Shown here: positions 35,259 through 46,597 of the stretch, piece by piece
How positions within the stretch are numbered: position 1 is the first letter of the stretch
How the letters are laid out: each line of letters begins with the position of its first letter
Assembly (NCBI GenBank): GCA_040901775.1
Contig: JBBDYF010000260.1
Coordinates: 9,122-73,121 of the forward strand
From: Pirellulaceae bacterium
Lineage (GTDB): Bacteria; Planctomycetota; Planctomycetia; Pirellulales; Pirellulaceae
Direction: 5' to 3'
DNA: 64,000 nucleotides
Notes under the pieces: generated by a model
What the model was told of the DNA's origin: nothing
Database searches by the model: none
Seen by the model: only the letters and a program-made list of their open reading frames with translations
Translations under genes and position numbers: made by a program

Positions 35259-36226
35259 GCCAAAGCGAAGGCTACAGCCTGGTCGCGGCCTGGCAAGCGC
35301 TGGCCCGCGGTTGGAACCGCTTCTTCCATGCCCCGCAGGATACGCGGGTCTGTGCCGCGGTTCGCATTGCCCAGGCGGCCGTGCTGCTGGTGAACCTGGC
35401 GTTTCTGTATCCCGATTTGAACCTGTGGTACACCGATGGCGGCGTGCTGCCATCGGCCGCCAGCCGCGAGATGGGCGATCCCTTTGGCTGGTCGCTGTTG
35501 TGGCACTTGCCGGCGACGAGAGGGGTCGTTCACGCTTGCTTCTGGGTGCTCGTGGGGCACACCGTACTGCTGCTGTTGGGTTTTTGCTCGCGGATTAATG
35601 CGATGGCCGTGCTGGTGTGGCTGATCTCGTTTCAAAACCGCAACGAGCAAATCCTCGACGGCGAAGACTTCGTCATGCGGGTCATCCTGGTGTTCTTGAT
35701 CCTGATGCCTGGCGGCTGGTGCTGGTCGGTCGATGCCTGGCTGCGGCGGTGGCGGAGCCCCATCGCGTCCGCGAGCGATTCCCCCTGGCAGCCGGCCTGG
35801 GGCCTCCGGCTGCTGCAAATCCAGATGGCCACAATCTATTTCTCGGCCGGATTATGGAAGGCCGCGGGCGCGTCGTGGATCGACGGCACCGCGCTTTACT
35901 ACGTGGCCCGGCTGGACGACTATTTTGGCAAGTTTCCGACGCCGGCGTTCCTGTTCGATACCCCGTGGCTCGTCGCCCTGATCACCTGGTCGGTCGTGTT
36001 GGGCGAGTTGCTCGTTCCCTTGTTCATTTGGTTTCGCGAAACCCGCCGCCTGTGCCTGGTGGCCGCCATCTTGTTTCATCTGGCGAACGAGTACACGATG
36101 CATCTGTTCCTGTTCCACTGGGCGATGCTGGCCGGCTGGCTGGCGTTTGTTCGGGCGGAAGATTTTGCCTGGCTCGCTGGCCGCCCGCGCAGCAACTCCG
36201 CCCTACCTCTGACCTCTGACCTCTGA
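35255..36226 (+). CDS. HTTM-domain (vitamin-K-dependent gamma-carboxylase-like) integral membrane protein
   Basis: Multi-TM protein with HTTM-like layout (RFFHAPQDTR...AAVRIAQAAVLLVNLAF..., ...LFHWAMLAGWL...); 323 aa. Confidence 0.65.
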   Translation: MSQSEGYSLVAAWQALARGWNRFFHAPQDTRVCAAVRIAQAAVLLVNLAFLYPDLNLWYTDGGVLPSAASREMGDPFGWSLLWHLPATRGVVHACFWVLVGHTVLLLLGFCSRINAMAVLVWLISFQNRNEQILDGEDFVMRVILVFLILMPGGWCWSVDAWLRRWRSPIASASDSPWQPAWGLRLLQIQMATIYFSAGLWKAAGASWIDGTALYYVARLDDYFGKFPTPAFLFDTPWLVALITWSVVLGELLVPLFIWFRETRRLCLVAAILFHLANEYTMHLFLFHWAMLAGWLAFVRAEDFAWLAGRPRSNSALPLTSDL

Positions 36227-36240
36227 CTCCCGGCTCTCCC

Positions 36241-36834
36241 GTGATCCGCGGCATCCTGTTCGATCTCGACAACACGCTGGTCGATTCGCGGCTCGATTTC
36301 GAGGCGATGCGCCTGGAAATGCAATTGCCTGCGGGCCTGCCGATTTTGGAAGCGATCTACCTTCTCGAACCGGCAGCCGCGGCCCGTTGCCGAGACATTT
36401 TGCACCAGCACGAGCGGGCCGGCGCCGAACAAGCCACGCTCTTGCCGGGAGTGCCGGAGTTGCTCGACGAACTGGCTCGCCGCGGGCTCCCCTATGCCAT
36501 TGCCACCCGCAACAGCCGCGAAATCGCCCTCGCGACACTCGCCAAGTTCCGCCTCGAGATCGAGCTGGTCCTCTCTCGCGATTGCGGCCCGATCAAGCCC
36601 GACCCTTGGCCGGTGCATTTTGTCTGCCAGCAGTGGAATCTCCAGCCGGCGGAAGTGGTAGTGATCGGCGACTACCGCTTCGACATCGAATGCGGTCGCT
36701 CGGCTGGGGCCAAAACGGTGCTGCTGACGCACGCCGGCAATCCCGACGCGCATCCGAACTTGGAGCAGGCCGACTTGGTGCTATCATCGCTGGCGGAATA
36801 CCCCCGGCTGCTAGCATGGCTCGAATCGGTCTAG
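36241..36834 (+). CDS. HAD-superfamily hydrolase (GTG start)
   Basis: Motif I FDLDNTLVD, motif III/IV ...VIGDYRFDIECGRSAG... Confidence 0.75.
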   Translation: MIRGILFDLDNTLVDSRLDFEAMRLEMQLPAGLPILEAIYLLEPAAAARCRDILHQHERAGAEQATLLPGVPELLDELARRGLPYAIATRNSREIALATLAKFRLEIELVLSRDCGPIKPDPWPVHFVCQQWNLQPAEVVVIGDYRFDIECGRSAGAKTVLLTHAGNPDAHPNLEQADLVLSSLAEYPRLLAWLESV

Positions 36835-36917
36835 GGCCAAGGCGTACCGATTGGCTATCATTCAATCGATTCGCTGCCGCTACTATTTCCGGTTCGTGTT
36901 TTTCTGGGAGGTCACGG

Positions 36918-38021
36918 ATGACCCGCCTGCTGATTGGACTGTCGTTCCTGTTGTCGCTCATCGAAGCCGCGCCGCTCTTGGCCCAGACAACGAATCGCCC
37001 GGCCGGTATTCAAGCCGGTCCCCAAGCCGCTCCAACGCGTGCGGTACCCGCTCAGCGGCAGCCCGTGCGCCAGGTGAACGGCGACGGCCCCATCCGCCAA
37101 CCGCTGCCCGTCATCGCTCCGGCCGTGGCGGCCCCCGCCGGTCCCCAGCAGCCGAGCTGGATCCCGCTCGCCCCGGATCATGAAAAGTGGGTCGGCGATG
37201 TCCTCCGCTATTGGGAAGGGCGAAGCGACAAGATCAAAGCCCTGTCGTGCGAATTCACCCGCTGGGAATACGACCCGGTCTTCGGTCCCCAGGATCCGGG
37301 AACGCCTAAGACGATCGCCAAGGGGGTGATCAAGTACGCCCAGCCGGACAAAGGGGCGTTCGAGGTGAAGCAATTGAGTCTGTACACGCCTCCGGCCAAG
37401 GCGGGCGACAAGCCGCAATATGTTCCGCAAGATGCCGCGTTTTCCGAGCACTGGGTGTGCGACGGCAAGCAGATCTTTGTGTTTGAAGCGTTGAAGAAGC
37501 AAGTCACGCAAAGGGAGCTTCCGCCCGAGATGCAAGGCAAGGCGATCGCCGACGGCCCGCTGCCGTTTTTGTTTGGGGCCCGGGCCGAAACGATCAAGGC
37601 CCGCTACTGGGTCCGCGGCTTGCCCCAAAGCGGCAATGGCAAGTACTGGCTCGAAGCGGTTCCCAAGTCGCGGCAGGACGCGCAAAACTTCAAGGCGGTG
37701 ACGATTGTCCTCGACGAGAAGACCTACCTGCCCGAACTGCTGGAAGTGCTGGCCCCCAACTACGACAGTAAGACGAACCCGGCCAAGACGACCTACCATT
37801 TGACCAACCACGACGTCACCGACGACAAGCTCAGCGCCAAGCAGGTTTGGGATAAGCTGAACTTCTTCCAGTCCGCCTTCTACGCGCCGAAACGACCCTC
37901 CGGCTGGACCTGGGTCGTCGAGCGGGCCGACGGCACCACCGCCTCGCCCAGCGACGCGCAATCTCGCGAAGCGACGCGTCCCGCCGCCAACAAACGATTT
38001 CCGTCGCCCCTGCCGCGGTAG
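36918..38021 (+). CDS. Secreted hypothetical protein (LolA-like fold possible)
   Basis: ATG 6 nt after GGGAGG; signal peptide MTRLLIGLSFLLSLIEAAPLLAQ; Pro/Ala-rich linker then a globular domain. Confidence 0.6.
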   Translation: MTRLLIGLSFLLSLIEAAPLLAQTTNRPAGIQAGPQAAPTRAVPAQRQPVRQVNGDGPIRQPLPVIAPAVAAPAGPQQPSWIPLAPDHEKWVGDVLRYWEGRSDKIKALSCEFTRWEYDPVFGPQDPGTPKTIAKGVIKYAQPDKGAFEVKQLSLYTPPAKAGDKPQYVPQDAAFSEHWVCDGKQIFVFEALKKQVTQRELPPEMQGKAIADGPLPFLFGARAETIKARYWVRGLPQSGNGKYWLEAVPKSRQDAQNFKAVTIVLDEKTYLPELLEVLAPNYDSKTNPAKTTYHLTNHDVTDDKLSAKQVWDKLNFFQSAFYAPKRPSGWTWVVERADGTTASPSDAQSREATRPAANKRFPSPLPR

Positions 38022-38137
38022 CTACTGGCCTGATTTCCCCTTTTGCCTTGAGTGTTGGCTCCTCTTTGCAATAAAATGGGGAGCCGAAGCGTCATGCTTA
38101 CTGGGATGACGGTGCGCTCGCAGGGAGATCGTTGGTC

Positions 38138-40741
38138 ATGCGGGTCCGATTTTGCTTTCAAATATTGCCGCTGGTTCTAATGTTAACGGCAACAGGCGCG
38201 TCGTGGGCCGCCGAACCCGCGCCGACGCCCGCCAAGCTGCCCCCCGCCGCGGAGCGCAAGGTCGATTTTCAGCGCGACATCGAGCCGATCTTCGCCAACC
38301 ACTGCAATCACTGCCACGGCCCTGACGAGCAGCAGGGCTATCTGCGGCTCGACGCGCGGGGCGTGGTCCTGCGGGGTGGCCAGTCGGGGCCGCTGCTCGC
38401 TGCCGGCAAAAGCGCGGAGAGTTTGCTCGTGCAGCGCCTCGCCGGGCTGGGTACGGAAAAGCGGATGCCGCTGGAGGACGACCCGCTCACCGACCAGCAG
38501 ATCGGCTTGATCCGGGCCTGGATCGACCAGGGGGCAGCCTGGCCCGACGGCGTTGGCTCGCCCGCGACCGAAGTGAACAAGCACTGGGCCTACGTCGCGC
38601 CCAAAGCGCCGCCGCTGCCAACCGTCGCGAACCGGGCCTGGCCGCAGTCGCCGCTCGACACGTTCATCCTGGCCCGGCTGGAGAAAGAGGAGCTGGCTCC
38701 TTCGCCCAAGGCGAATCGCGAGCGGCTGATCCGGCGGGCGTCGCTCGATCTGGTTGGCCTGCCACCGAGCGTGGCCGACGTCGATGCCTTTCTGGCCGAC
38801 GACGCGCCCGACGCCTACCAGCGACTGATCGACCGCTTGCTCGCTTCGCCCCGCTATGGCGAACGCTGGGCGACTCCCTGGCTCGACGCCGCCCGCTACG
38901 CCGATTCCAACGGCTACCAGCGCGACGGCCATCGGACGATCTGGCCCTACCGCGACTACGTGATTCGCTCGCTCAACGCCGATTTGCCGTTCGACCAGTT
39001 CACGCTCGAACAACTGGCGGGCGATCTATTGCCCGCGGCGACACTCGACCAGCAGATCGCCACCGGTTTTCAGCGCTGCACGACGGTCAATGTCGAGGCG
39101 GGAACCGATGAGGAAGAGAACCGGACCAACCAGGTGATCGACCGCGTCAACGTCATGGGCACGGTCTGGCTGGGGACCACGCTGGAATGTTGCCAGTGCC
39201 ACAACCACAAGTACGATCCGTTCAGCCAGCGCGACTATTACCGGCTGTTCGCCTTCTTCAACAATTCGCCCAAGGAAACGCGGACCTTGAAGAAGGGCTC
39301 GGTCGCACTCGAGTTCGCCGGCCCGGAGGTTCAGCTTGCCGAGTCCGACGACCGGCGCGAAGAGCGTGAGGCTTTACTCGCGGAAAGCAAGGAACTTGCC
39401 GCGCAGCTCGACGCTTGCGTCGAGAACGAAGCGACCGGCCTGGCGGCTTGGGAAGAAGAGATGGCGGACGAAGCAAAGGCCAAACAGACCAAATTGCCGG
39501 CCAACATCCGCCGCATCCTGGCGCGGGCAGCCGACAAGCGGAACAAGAAGCAGCAGAAACAATTGCGGACTTACTTTGTCGGCCTGCGCCCCGCAGCGAA
39601 AAAAATGCAGGCCGAAATTACCCGGCTCGAGCGGGAGACCGCGGCGCTCGCTCTGCCGACGTCGCTGGTCATGGACGAACTGGACGAGCCGCGAATGACC
39701 GCCCTGTTTCAGCGCGGCAGCTTTTTGACGCCGGGCGAAACGGTGACCGCTGGAACGCCCCGCATTCTCCCCCCAATGGCTTCCGACTCGCCGCAAAACC
39801 GGCTCGGCCTGGCCCGCTGGCTGGTCGATCCGGCCAACCCGCTAACCGCCCGGGTCCAGGTCAACCGCGCCTGGGCGCAGTTCTTTGGCCGCGGCATCGT
39901 CGCCAGCGAGGAAGACTTTGGAACCCAGTCGGAACCGGCCACGCATCCCGACCTGCTCGACTGGCTAGCGGTGGAACTGGCTGGTCGCGGCTGGTCGCGC
40001 AAACTCGTTCACCGGCGGATCGTCCAATCGGCAACCTACCAGCAGGCGAGCGACGTGCGCGACGAGTTGCTGACCAAGGATCCAAACAACCTGCTGCTGG
40101 CCCGCGCGCCGCGGCTGCGGTTGTCGGCCGAGGCGATCCGCGACAACGCCCTGACAATCGGCGGCCAGCTTTCGACCAAGATGCACGGGCCGCCCGTCTA
40201 TCCGCCGCAGCCCGAGGGGATTTGGCGCGTGACCGGCAACGTGGATAACACCTATCGCGCGTCGTCGGGGGCCGATGCCCATCGTCGCGGCCTGTACACC
40301 GTCTGGCGGCGGAGCGCCCTGTATCCCAGCTTTTCGAATTTCGACGCCCCCGATCGCTCGGCCTGCACGACCAGTCGTCCCCGGACGAGCACGCCGCTCC
40401 AAGCGCTCACGCTGCAGAACGACCCAGTCTATGTCGCGGCGGCCGGGTCGCTGGCCGATGCGCTGCTGGCTGCCGGCTCGCCGTGCGAGTGCGACGCCGA
40501 CCAGCGCTTGACCCATGCCTTCCGCGCAGCCCTGGCCCGCCGCCCCACCGCCGTGGAACTGGCCCAGCTACGCTCGATCTTGGATCAAGCTTGCGAGCGA
40601 TATGCGGCCGATCCCCAGGCCGCGAAAGAACTTGTGGGTAAGCACGAACTGCCGGCGAATGTGAACCCTGCCGACTGGTCCGCCTGGTTCAACGTCGCCC
40701 ACGTTTTGCTGAACCTCGACGAAACGATTACAAAAAACTGA
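38138..40741 (+). CDS. PSCyt1/PSCyt2/PSD1 (DUF1549/DUF1553) 'planctomycete cytochrome C' family protein
   Basis: Signal peptide; [29 protein letters not shown] (PSCyt1 CxxCH), later ...[25 protein letters not shown] (PSCyt2), C-terminal PSD1-like region. Confidence 0.85.
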   Translation: MRVRFCFQILPLVLMLTATGASWAAEPAPTPAKLPPAAERKVDFQRDIEPIFANHCNHCHGPDEQQGYLRLDARGVVLRGGQSGPLLAAGKSAESLLVQRLAGLGTEKRMPLEDDPLTDQQIGLIRAWIDQGAAWPDGVGSPATEVNKHWAYVAPKAPPLPTVANRAWPQSPLDTFILARLEKEELAPSPKANRERLIRRASLDLVGLPPSVADVDAFLADDAPDAYQRLIDRLLASPRYGERWATPWLDAARYADSNGYQRDGHRTIWPYRDYVIRSLNADLPFDQFTLEQLAGDLLPAATLDQQIATGFQRCTTVNVEAGTDEEENRTNQVIDRVNVMGTVWLGTTLECCQCHNHKYDPFSQRDYYRLFAFFNNSPKETRTLKKGSVALEFAGPEVQLAESDDRREEREALLAESKELAAQLDACVENEATGLAAWEEEMADEAKAKQTKLPANIRRILARAADKRNKKQQKQLRTYFVGLRPAAKKMQAEITRLERETAALALPTSLVMDELDEPRMTALFQRGSFLTPGETVTAGTPRILPPMASDSPQNRLGLARWLVDPANPLTARVQVNRAWAQFFGRGIVASEEDFGTQSEPATHPDLLDWLAVELAGRGWSRKLVHRRIVQSATYQQASDVRDELLTKDPNNLLLARAPRLRLSAEAIRDNALTIGGQLSTKMHGPPVYPPQPEGIWRVTGNVDNTYRASSGADAHRRGLYTVWRRSALYPSFSNFDAPDRSACTTSRPRTSTPLQALTLQNDPVYVAAAGSLADALLAAGSPCECDADQRLTHAFRAALARRPTAVELAQLRSILDQACERYAADPQAAKELVGKHELPANVNPADWSAWFNVAHVLLNLDETITKN

Positions 40742-40742
40742 C

Positions 40743-42197
40743 ATGCCCGCCCATCTTAATTCTGAAATCCACGATTTGCAATCCGCCCTGACTCGCCGCG
40801 CCCTCTTTCAGCGCGGCGGCATGGGAATCGGCGCCTTGGCGCTCGGTGCCCTGTTGGGCGAAGAAGCGAGGTCTGCTGCGCCGGCGGAAAGCCAAACAGG
40901 ACTCATCCAGCCGCACTTCCCCGCCCGGGCTAAGAGCGTCATCTTCCTGCACATGGTCGGCGCGCCTTCGCAACTGGAACTGTTCGATCATAAGCCTGAG
41001 CTTGCCAAGTACGACGGGCAGAAGTGCCCGCAGCACCTGATTGAAGGGAAGCGGTTTGCCTTCCTCCGCGGGCATCCGTCGCTGCTCGGCCCGCGGTTCA
41101 AGTTCGCCCGGCATGGCGAGTCCGGCCTGGAGCTCTCGGAACTGTTGCCGCATCTGGCGAGCGTCGCCGACGACATCGCCGTCGTCAAATCGCTGCACAC
41201 CGAACAGATCAATCACGGTCCCGCCCAACTAATGTTTCATACCGGCTTCGGGCGGTTCGGCCGGCCGAGCGTCGGCTCGTGGGTCAGCTATGGCCTGGGC
41301 AGCGAGAACCGCGACCTGCCCGCCTATGTCGTTATGATCACCGGCAAAGTTGCGGGGGCCGGCGGCGCGCTGTGGGGCAACGGCTTTCTGCCCGGCATGC
41401 ACCAGGGGGTCGAGTTCCGCAGCGAGGGAGACCCCGTGCTGTTTCTCTCGAACCCCAGCGGCATCACCGGTGATGATCGGCGGCGGCTGCTCGACGGCGT
41501 GCAAGCCCTCAATCGCACGCAACTGGCCGATGTGAGCGATCCCGAAATTGCCACCCGCATCGCCCAGTACGAAATGTCGTATCGCATGCAGTCGTCGGTT
41601 CCCGAATTGATGCGACTGTCCGACGAATCGGCAGCCACGCTGGCCATGTACGGAGCCCAGCCGGGTGAAAAGTCGTTTGCCAACAACTGCCTGCTCGCCC
41701 GCCGGCTGGTCGAGCGGGGCGTGCGCTTCGTGCAGCTCTTTCATGCCGACTGGGATACGCACGGCAACCTGGAAAGTGCCCTGCCGGCCCGCTGCCAAGA
41801 GGTCGATCGGCCGATGGCCGCCCTGGTGCAAGACCTGAAACAGCGCGGACTGCTCGACGAAACGCTAGTCGTTTGGGGAGGCGAGTTTGGCCGCACCCCC
41901 ATGCTGCAAGGGACCGACGCCGACGACAACCCGGCCGCCAAACCGGGCCGCGATCACCAGAAAGACGCCTTCTCGATTTGGCTGGCCGGCGGCGGCATCC
42001 AGGGGGGAACGACGGTCGGCAAGACCGACGACCTGGGTTATATGGTTGCCGCAGACCCGGTTCATGTGAACGACTTTCACGCCACGCTGCTGCACCTGCT
42101 GGGTCTCGACCACGAGCGGCTCACCTACAAGTTCCAGGGGCGGCAATACCGGCTGACGGACGTGGCGGGCAGCGTGGTAAGGAAGTTGTTGGCATAG
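40743..42197 (+). CDS. DUF1501 family protein (sulfatase-like fold) with Tat signal; usual partner of PSCyt/PSD1 proteins
   Basis: Twin-arginine motif [20 protein letters not shown]; DUF1501 conservation (...[13 protein letters not shown]..., ...EFGRTP...). Confidence 0.85.
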   Translation: MPAHLNSEIHDLQSALTRRALFQRGGMGIGALALGALLGEEARSAAPAESQTGLIQPHFPARAKSVIFLHMVGAPSQLELFDHKPELAKYDGQKCPQHLIEGKRFAFLRGHPSLLGPRFKFARHGESGLELSELLPHLASVADDIAVVKSLHTEQINHGPAQLMFHTGFGRFGRPSVGSWVSYGLGSENRDLPAYVVMITGKVAGAGGALWGNGFLPGMHQGVEFRSEGDPVLFLSNPSGITGDDRRRLLDGVQALNRTQLADVSDPEIATRIAQYEMSYRMQSSVPELMRLSDESAATLAMYGAQPGEKSFANNCLLARRLVERGVRFVQLFHADWDTHGNLESALPARCQEVDRPMAALVQDLKQRGLLDETLVVWGGEFGRTPMLQGTDADDNPAAKPGRDHQKDAFSIWLAGGGIQGGTTVGKTDDLGYMVAADPVHVNDFHATLLHLLGLDHERLTYKFQGRQYRLTDVAGSVVRKLLA

Positions 42198-42228
42198 TGT
42201 GGCGTACAATGGAGCTAGGAGAAACAAC

Positions 42229-42546
42229 ATGCCACAAGTCGCAAGGAAGAAATCACGTTCCGTGGCCGTTCCCGACGTGCTGGACCTTGGACAAGCTGCC
42301 AGTTTTCTGCGTTTGACCGGCAAAACGGTCGAGCAACTGGTCAAAGAACAAGGACTCCCCGGTCGCAAGATCGGCAAAGAATGGCGATTCTTGCGAACCG
42401 CCGTCGAAGACTGGTTGGCGCTTTCCAAAGCCGCAACCGGTTCGGTGCTTGACCAGTTTGGGGCATTGGACAACGACCCGACGCACGAGGAATTCCGCCG
42501 CATCATCGAGGAAAACCGGAAGCGTTGGAACGAGGAAGTGGCGTGA
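42229..42546 (+). CDS. Excisionase-family HTH DNA-binding protein, probable VapB-like antitoxin
   Basis: ATG after AGGAG; LDLGQAASFLRLTGKTVEQLVKEQGLPGRKIGKEWRF helix-turn-helix; stop overlaps the GTG start of the PIN gene (GTGA). Confidence 0.65.
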   Translation: MPQVARKKSRSVAVPDVLDLGQAASFLRLTGKTVEQLVKEQGLPGRKIGKEWRFLRTAVEDWLALSKAATGSVLDQFGALDNDPTHEEFRRIIEENRKRWNEEVA

Positions 42547-42964
42547 AGTACCTGCTGGACACGGACACGCTTGACCACTTCCAGCGGTCGAACGTTAACG
42601 TCTTGAAACGGCTTTCCACTGTCGGCCTGGAGGACGTCGCGACTACTGTTGTCATCCGCGTCGAGGTGCTTCAGGCACGATTTGAGTATCTTCGCAAGGC
42701 GGCGACGGCGGCCCAACTGAAAACAGCGCAGGATTGGCTCGCGGAAAGCGACCGCTTGCTCTCGATGTGGCAAATCATTCCTATCGATGACGCCGCCTGC
42801 CGTCAGTTTGAGCGTTACGCGGAGAAAGAGGTTTGCGAAAAATCGGGCGAGCCGACCTGCTCATTGCGTGCATTGCCTTGGCTCAACGAGCGACCGTGGT
42901 CACCCGTAATACTCGCGACTTCGCTCGCGTTCCCGGATTGGACATCGAGAACTGGGTTGATTGA
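42543..42964 (+). pseudogene. VapC-like PIN-domain toxin gene disrupted by a frameshift near 42820-42830
   Basis: Frame 1 gives VKYLLDTDTL...IPIDDAACRQFERYAEKE then diverges into nonsense that overruns the sulfatase gene. The -1 frame from ~42826 gives the expected PIN C-terminus KIGRADLLIACIALAQRATVVTRNTRDFARVPGLDIENWVD and stops at 42962-42964. Confidence 0.6.
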
Positions 42965-42988
42965 TCGACGCCTGCCAGAGACCAAACC

Positions 42989-44530
42989 ATGCGAACCTTC
43001 CTTGCACTTGTTCTGGTCCTTCTGTTCGTGGCTCCGTCCCGATTGGCCGCCGCCGAGCGCCCCAACGTCCTCTTGGCCATTGCCGACGACTGGTCGTATC
43101 CGCATGCCTCGGCCTATGGTTGCAAGTTCGTCAGCACGCCCACCTTCGACCGCATCGCCCGCGAAGGGGTGCTGTTTCGCCAAGCCTTCACCGCCACTCC
43201 CGGTTGCAGCCCGTCGCGTGCGGCGCTGTTGACCGGCCGGCATTCGTGGCAACTGCGCGCGGCGGGAACGCATGCCAGCTCGTTTCCCAAAGACCTCGCC
43301 GTCTTTCCCAACCTGCTAGAGAGCGCCGGCTATTTTGTGGGCTACTGCGGCAAAGGTTGGGGGCCGGGCAGCTTCAAAATCACCGGCTGGGAGCGCAATC
43401 CGTGCGGTCCCGACTTCAGCGTCCGGCTGGCCAATCCCCCGGCCGGCATCGGCAACACCGACTACGCCGCCAGCTTCGACAAGTTCCTCAAGGCGCGGCC
43501 CGACCAGCAGCCGTTCTGTTTTTGGTACGGCGGCAAAGAGCCGCACCGGGCCTATGCCCAGGGGACTGGTCTGCGGGCGGGCAAACGGCTGGAAGACGCG
43601 GAAGTGCCTCCGTTTTTGCCCGCTACGCCCGCCGTTCGCGGCGACCTGCTGGATTACGCCACCGAGATCGAATATTTCGACGCGCAACTAGGCAAAATGC
43701 TCGCTTCACTAGAGCGGGCGGGCGAGCTCGACAACACGCTCGTCATCGTGTGCAGCGACAACGGCATGCCCTTCCCCCGCGCCAAGGCGAACTTGTACGA
43801 GCACGGCACGCACATGCCGCTCGCCATTCGCTGGCCGGCCAAAGTAAAGGGGGGCCGCACGGTGGACGATTTGGTGGGACACGTCGATCTGGCGCCGACG
43901 ATCCTTGAGGCGAGTGGGGTGCGTCAGCGCCCCGCTGGCGATGCTTCGGCAACCGGGGAAACCAATCGGGAGGCTCACGCCTCCCGCTCGCCTGCAAGCA
44001 TGTCGGGCCGCAGCCTCTTGCCGACGCTGCTGTCCGACAAGTCGGGCCTGGTCGATCCATCGCGCACGCACGTATTGATGGCCCGCGAGCGGCATTCGTC
44101 GTCGCGGCCCGAAAACCTGGGCTATCCCAGCCGGGCGATTCGCACGGCCGAGTACCTTTACATTCGCAATTTCAAGCCGGCGCTTTGGCCCGCGGGCGAT
44201 CCGCAAACAGCCGACGGCAAGCCCGCCTATCACGACATCGACGACGCGCCGAGCAAGTCGCTGCTGGTGCAGGGTGCCGACGATCCGGCGCTCCAACCGT
44301 TCCTGGCCCTGGCGGTGGCCAAGCGGCCGGCTGAAGAGCTGTTCTTGCTATCGGCCGATCCCGCCACAATCGACAACCTGGCCGACGATCCGGCTCACGC
44401 GGCAGCCAAGGCGAAGCTGCGGGCGGAGCTCAACCAGTATCTGACCGCGACGGAAGATGCCCGGATGACCGAGAAAGGGGACATCTGGGAAACCTATCCC
44501 CGCTACAGCCCAATCCGGCAGTTTCCGTAG
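42989..44530 (+). CDS. Arylsulfatase-family sulfatase (formylglycine type)
   Basis: Signal peptide; sulfatase signature TPGCSPSRAALLTGR; N-terminal metal-binding DDWSY. Confidence 0.9.
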   Translation: MRTFLALVLVLLFVAPSRLAAAERPNVLLAIADDWSYPHASAYGCKFVSTPTFDRIAREGVLFRQAFTATPGCSPSRAALLTGRHSWQLRAAGTHASSFPKDLAVFPNLLESAGYFVGYCGKGWGPGSFKITGWERNPCGPDFSVRLANPPAGIGNTDYAASFDKFLKARPDQQPFCFWYGGKEPHRAYAQGTGLRAGKRLEDAEVPPFLPATPAVRGDLLDYATEIEYFDAQLGKMLASLERAGELDNTLVIVCSDNGMPFPRAKANLYEHGTHMPLAIRWPAKVKGGRTVDDLVGHVDLAPTILEASGVRQRPAGDASATGETNREAHASRSPASMSGRSLLPTLLSDKSGLVDPSRTHVLMARERHSSSRPENLGYPSRAIRTAEYLYIRNFKPALWPAGDPQTADGKPAYHDIDDAPSKSLLVQGADDPALQPFLALAVAKRPAEELFLLSADPATIDNLADDPAHAAAKAKLRAELNQYLTATEDARMTEKGDIWETYPRYSPIRQFP

Positions 44531-44737
44531 CCGGATGGCTGGCCGGAAACGTAACGCAAGCGGTTGGCGGGTAAGCACTTACCCTCTGCCGGATACGGCT
44601 TTGCCAAAGTTCGATCCAGCACTCCCTTTCCGCACAAAATCAGGGAATTCAGTGCAATGGGCCAGACCGCTAGTTAAGATGGAATTGGTCCGTGGGCGAT
44701 TTTTCCCCAGCCATCTTTTCCCGGTCGCGAGTCCGCC

Positions 44738-46549
44738 ATGTTACGTCGCGCGCAATTGCTTGCCTTGGTTCTTTTCGCCGCACTGCCGTGGACGGCCCAG
44801 GCCCAGATTCGTTCTACCGGACTGATCGATCCCGACGCCGCGCGCCAACTGGGGCTCGAGCGGATGTGGTTCACCCAGCTCAGCCTGGATCGCGCCCGCG
44901 GGCGCGTTGCCGGACTGCATCAGCACGTAAGCAGCTCGCAGATGCAGGTGCTGATTGAGTTTATCGAGAACGGCGTGCGGCACGAGTATGCGTCGCGCGA
45001 ATTGGAAGCGGCGGGGCGTCCGCTGCGCGAGGTGGCGGTGCTGGCCGTTTTGGACGAAGCTGCCGCCGTGGCCGCGCCCCTCGCGGGAGTGCCGGTGGGG
45101 AAATTCCGCGTGGTTCAGGTGCTCAAAGGAGCCGAACTTGCCGCTCCCGACTTGGTTGTTGAATTGCCCTATCTGGGCGACGCCGCCAAAGGCAAGACGT
45201 TCTACATCACCGCCAGCCAGCTCATTCCAGGTGCCAAGCCCGTGCAGTTGACCTGGGGCAATCCGCTGCAACTGGCCGACAGCGCGCAGAAGCTGTTGAT
45301 GGGCGCAGGGGCGCTCACGCCGGGTGTGGAACGCGCGCTGCAAAATGCCGAGCTCGACCTGATGCGCGTCCGGCTGGCCGCCGCGCGGCGCAGTCCGCAG
45401 CAAGCTTTTGCCGACGATCGGCTTCCCGCGGTCGAGGCCCGCGCTGTGCCCGACATTACCCTCTACGCCACGTCCGATCGCGGCCTGCTGCACGCCCTAA
45501 ATGCCGAGACAGGACGCACCTTGTGGACCGCCAGCGTCGGCAGCCCTACCCTGCCGACGACCGCTCCCGCCGCGAACGACACGCATGTGGCGGTCATCAA
45601 CGGCTCCACGCTGTACGTTCACAAGGCCGACGACGGCTCGGCCTTGTGGAGCCGGTTTACGGTCGGCTCTCCGGGGGCGGGGCCGGCCATGTCGGACCAA
45701 CTGTTATTCGCCCCCATGATCAGCGGCTCGATCGAGACCTACGCGATCGAGCAATCCGCGGCGCCCCTGACCATTTTCCGGTCGTTCGGCCGCGTCCTGA
45801 TCCAGCCGGTGGTTTCCCAGTCCAGCGTCGCCTGGACCACCGACCGAGGCAATCTGTACGTCGGCTATGCGGACACGCCCCGCATCAAGTTTCAGATGGA
45901 AGCCCGCAAGTCGATTGAATCGGCCCCCGCTTTTTTGGCCCCCGCCCTGGTTTTTGCCACGTCGCGCGACGGCTACGTGTACTGCGTTACCGAGCAGCAT
46001 GGGGGGGTGGTCTGGCGGTTTTCGACCGGCGAGCCGATTACTCACTCGCCGGTGGCCATTGGCAAAATGGTCTATGCGATCACCGACCGCGGAAATATGT
46101 TTGCCATCGAAGCCGAGAGCGGCCAAGAGCTATGGCCGGCCGGCGGCATTCGCTCGTTCGTCGCGGCCAGCGACCAGCGACTGTATTGCCTCGACCTTTC
46201 GGGCAACCTGGCCATTCTCGAAATCGCGTCGGGCCGCCGCATCGGCACCATTCCGACCGGCGGGCTCGACCTGCACTACATGAACGTGCAGACCGATCGA
46301 ATCATCGTGGGGAGCCGTTCGGGCTTGTTGCAATGCCTGCGCGAGGTCGAAGCTCGCCATCCGGTGTTGCACTTTGGGGGCGAAATGAAGCCGCAGGCGG
46401 ACAAGTCCCAGCCGGTAAAGCCCGGCGCGAAGCCCGCAGCGCCTGCCGGGGCCAACCCCTTCGCACCGCCAGCCGCCGAAGACGCCCCTGCGGGCGCCGA
46501 TCCTTTTGGAACGCCCGCCGCGGCCGACGATCCGTTCGCCGCTCCATAA
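44738..46549 (+). CDS. Secreted PQQ-like beta-propeller repeat protein (BamB-like)
   Basis: Signal peptide MLRRAQLLALVLFAALPWTAQA; repeated ...LHALNAETGRTLW..., ...VYCVTEQHGGVVWRF..., ...MFAIEAESGQELW... propeller blades; Ala/Pro-rich C-tail. Confidence 0.75.
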   Translation: MLRRAQLLALVLFAALPWTAQAQIRSTGLIDPDAARQLGLERMWFTQLSLDRARGRVAGLHQHVSSSQMQVLIEFIENGVRHEYASRELEAAGRPLREVAVLAVLDEAAAVAAPLAGVPVGKFRVVQVLKGAELAAPDLVVELPYLGDAAKGKTFYITASQLIPGAKPVQLTWGNPLQLADSAQKLLMGAGALTPGVERALQNAELDLMRVRLAAARRSPQQAFADDRLPAVEARAVPDITLYATSDRGLLHALNAETGRTLWTASVGSPTLPTTAPAANDTHVAVINGSTLYVHKADDGSALWSRFTVGSPGAGPAMSDQLLFAPMISGSIETYAIEQSAAPLTIFRSFGRVLIQPVVSQSSVAWTTDRGNLYVGYADTPRIKFQMEARKSIESAPAFLAPALVFATSRDGYVYCVTEQHGGVVWRFSTGEPITHSPVAIGKMVYAITDRGNMFAIEAESGQELWPAGGIRSFVAASDQRLYCLDLSGNLAILEIASGRRIGTIPTGGLDLHYMNVQTDRIIVGSRSGLLQCLREVEARHPVLHFGGEMKPQADKSQPVKPGAKPAAPAGANPFAPPAAEDAPAGADPFGTPAAADDPFAAP

Positions 46550-46597
46550 AGCGAACGGGTTGCTTCCCCGGCGACCCGCGTTGTGACTGCAAGGAGG

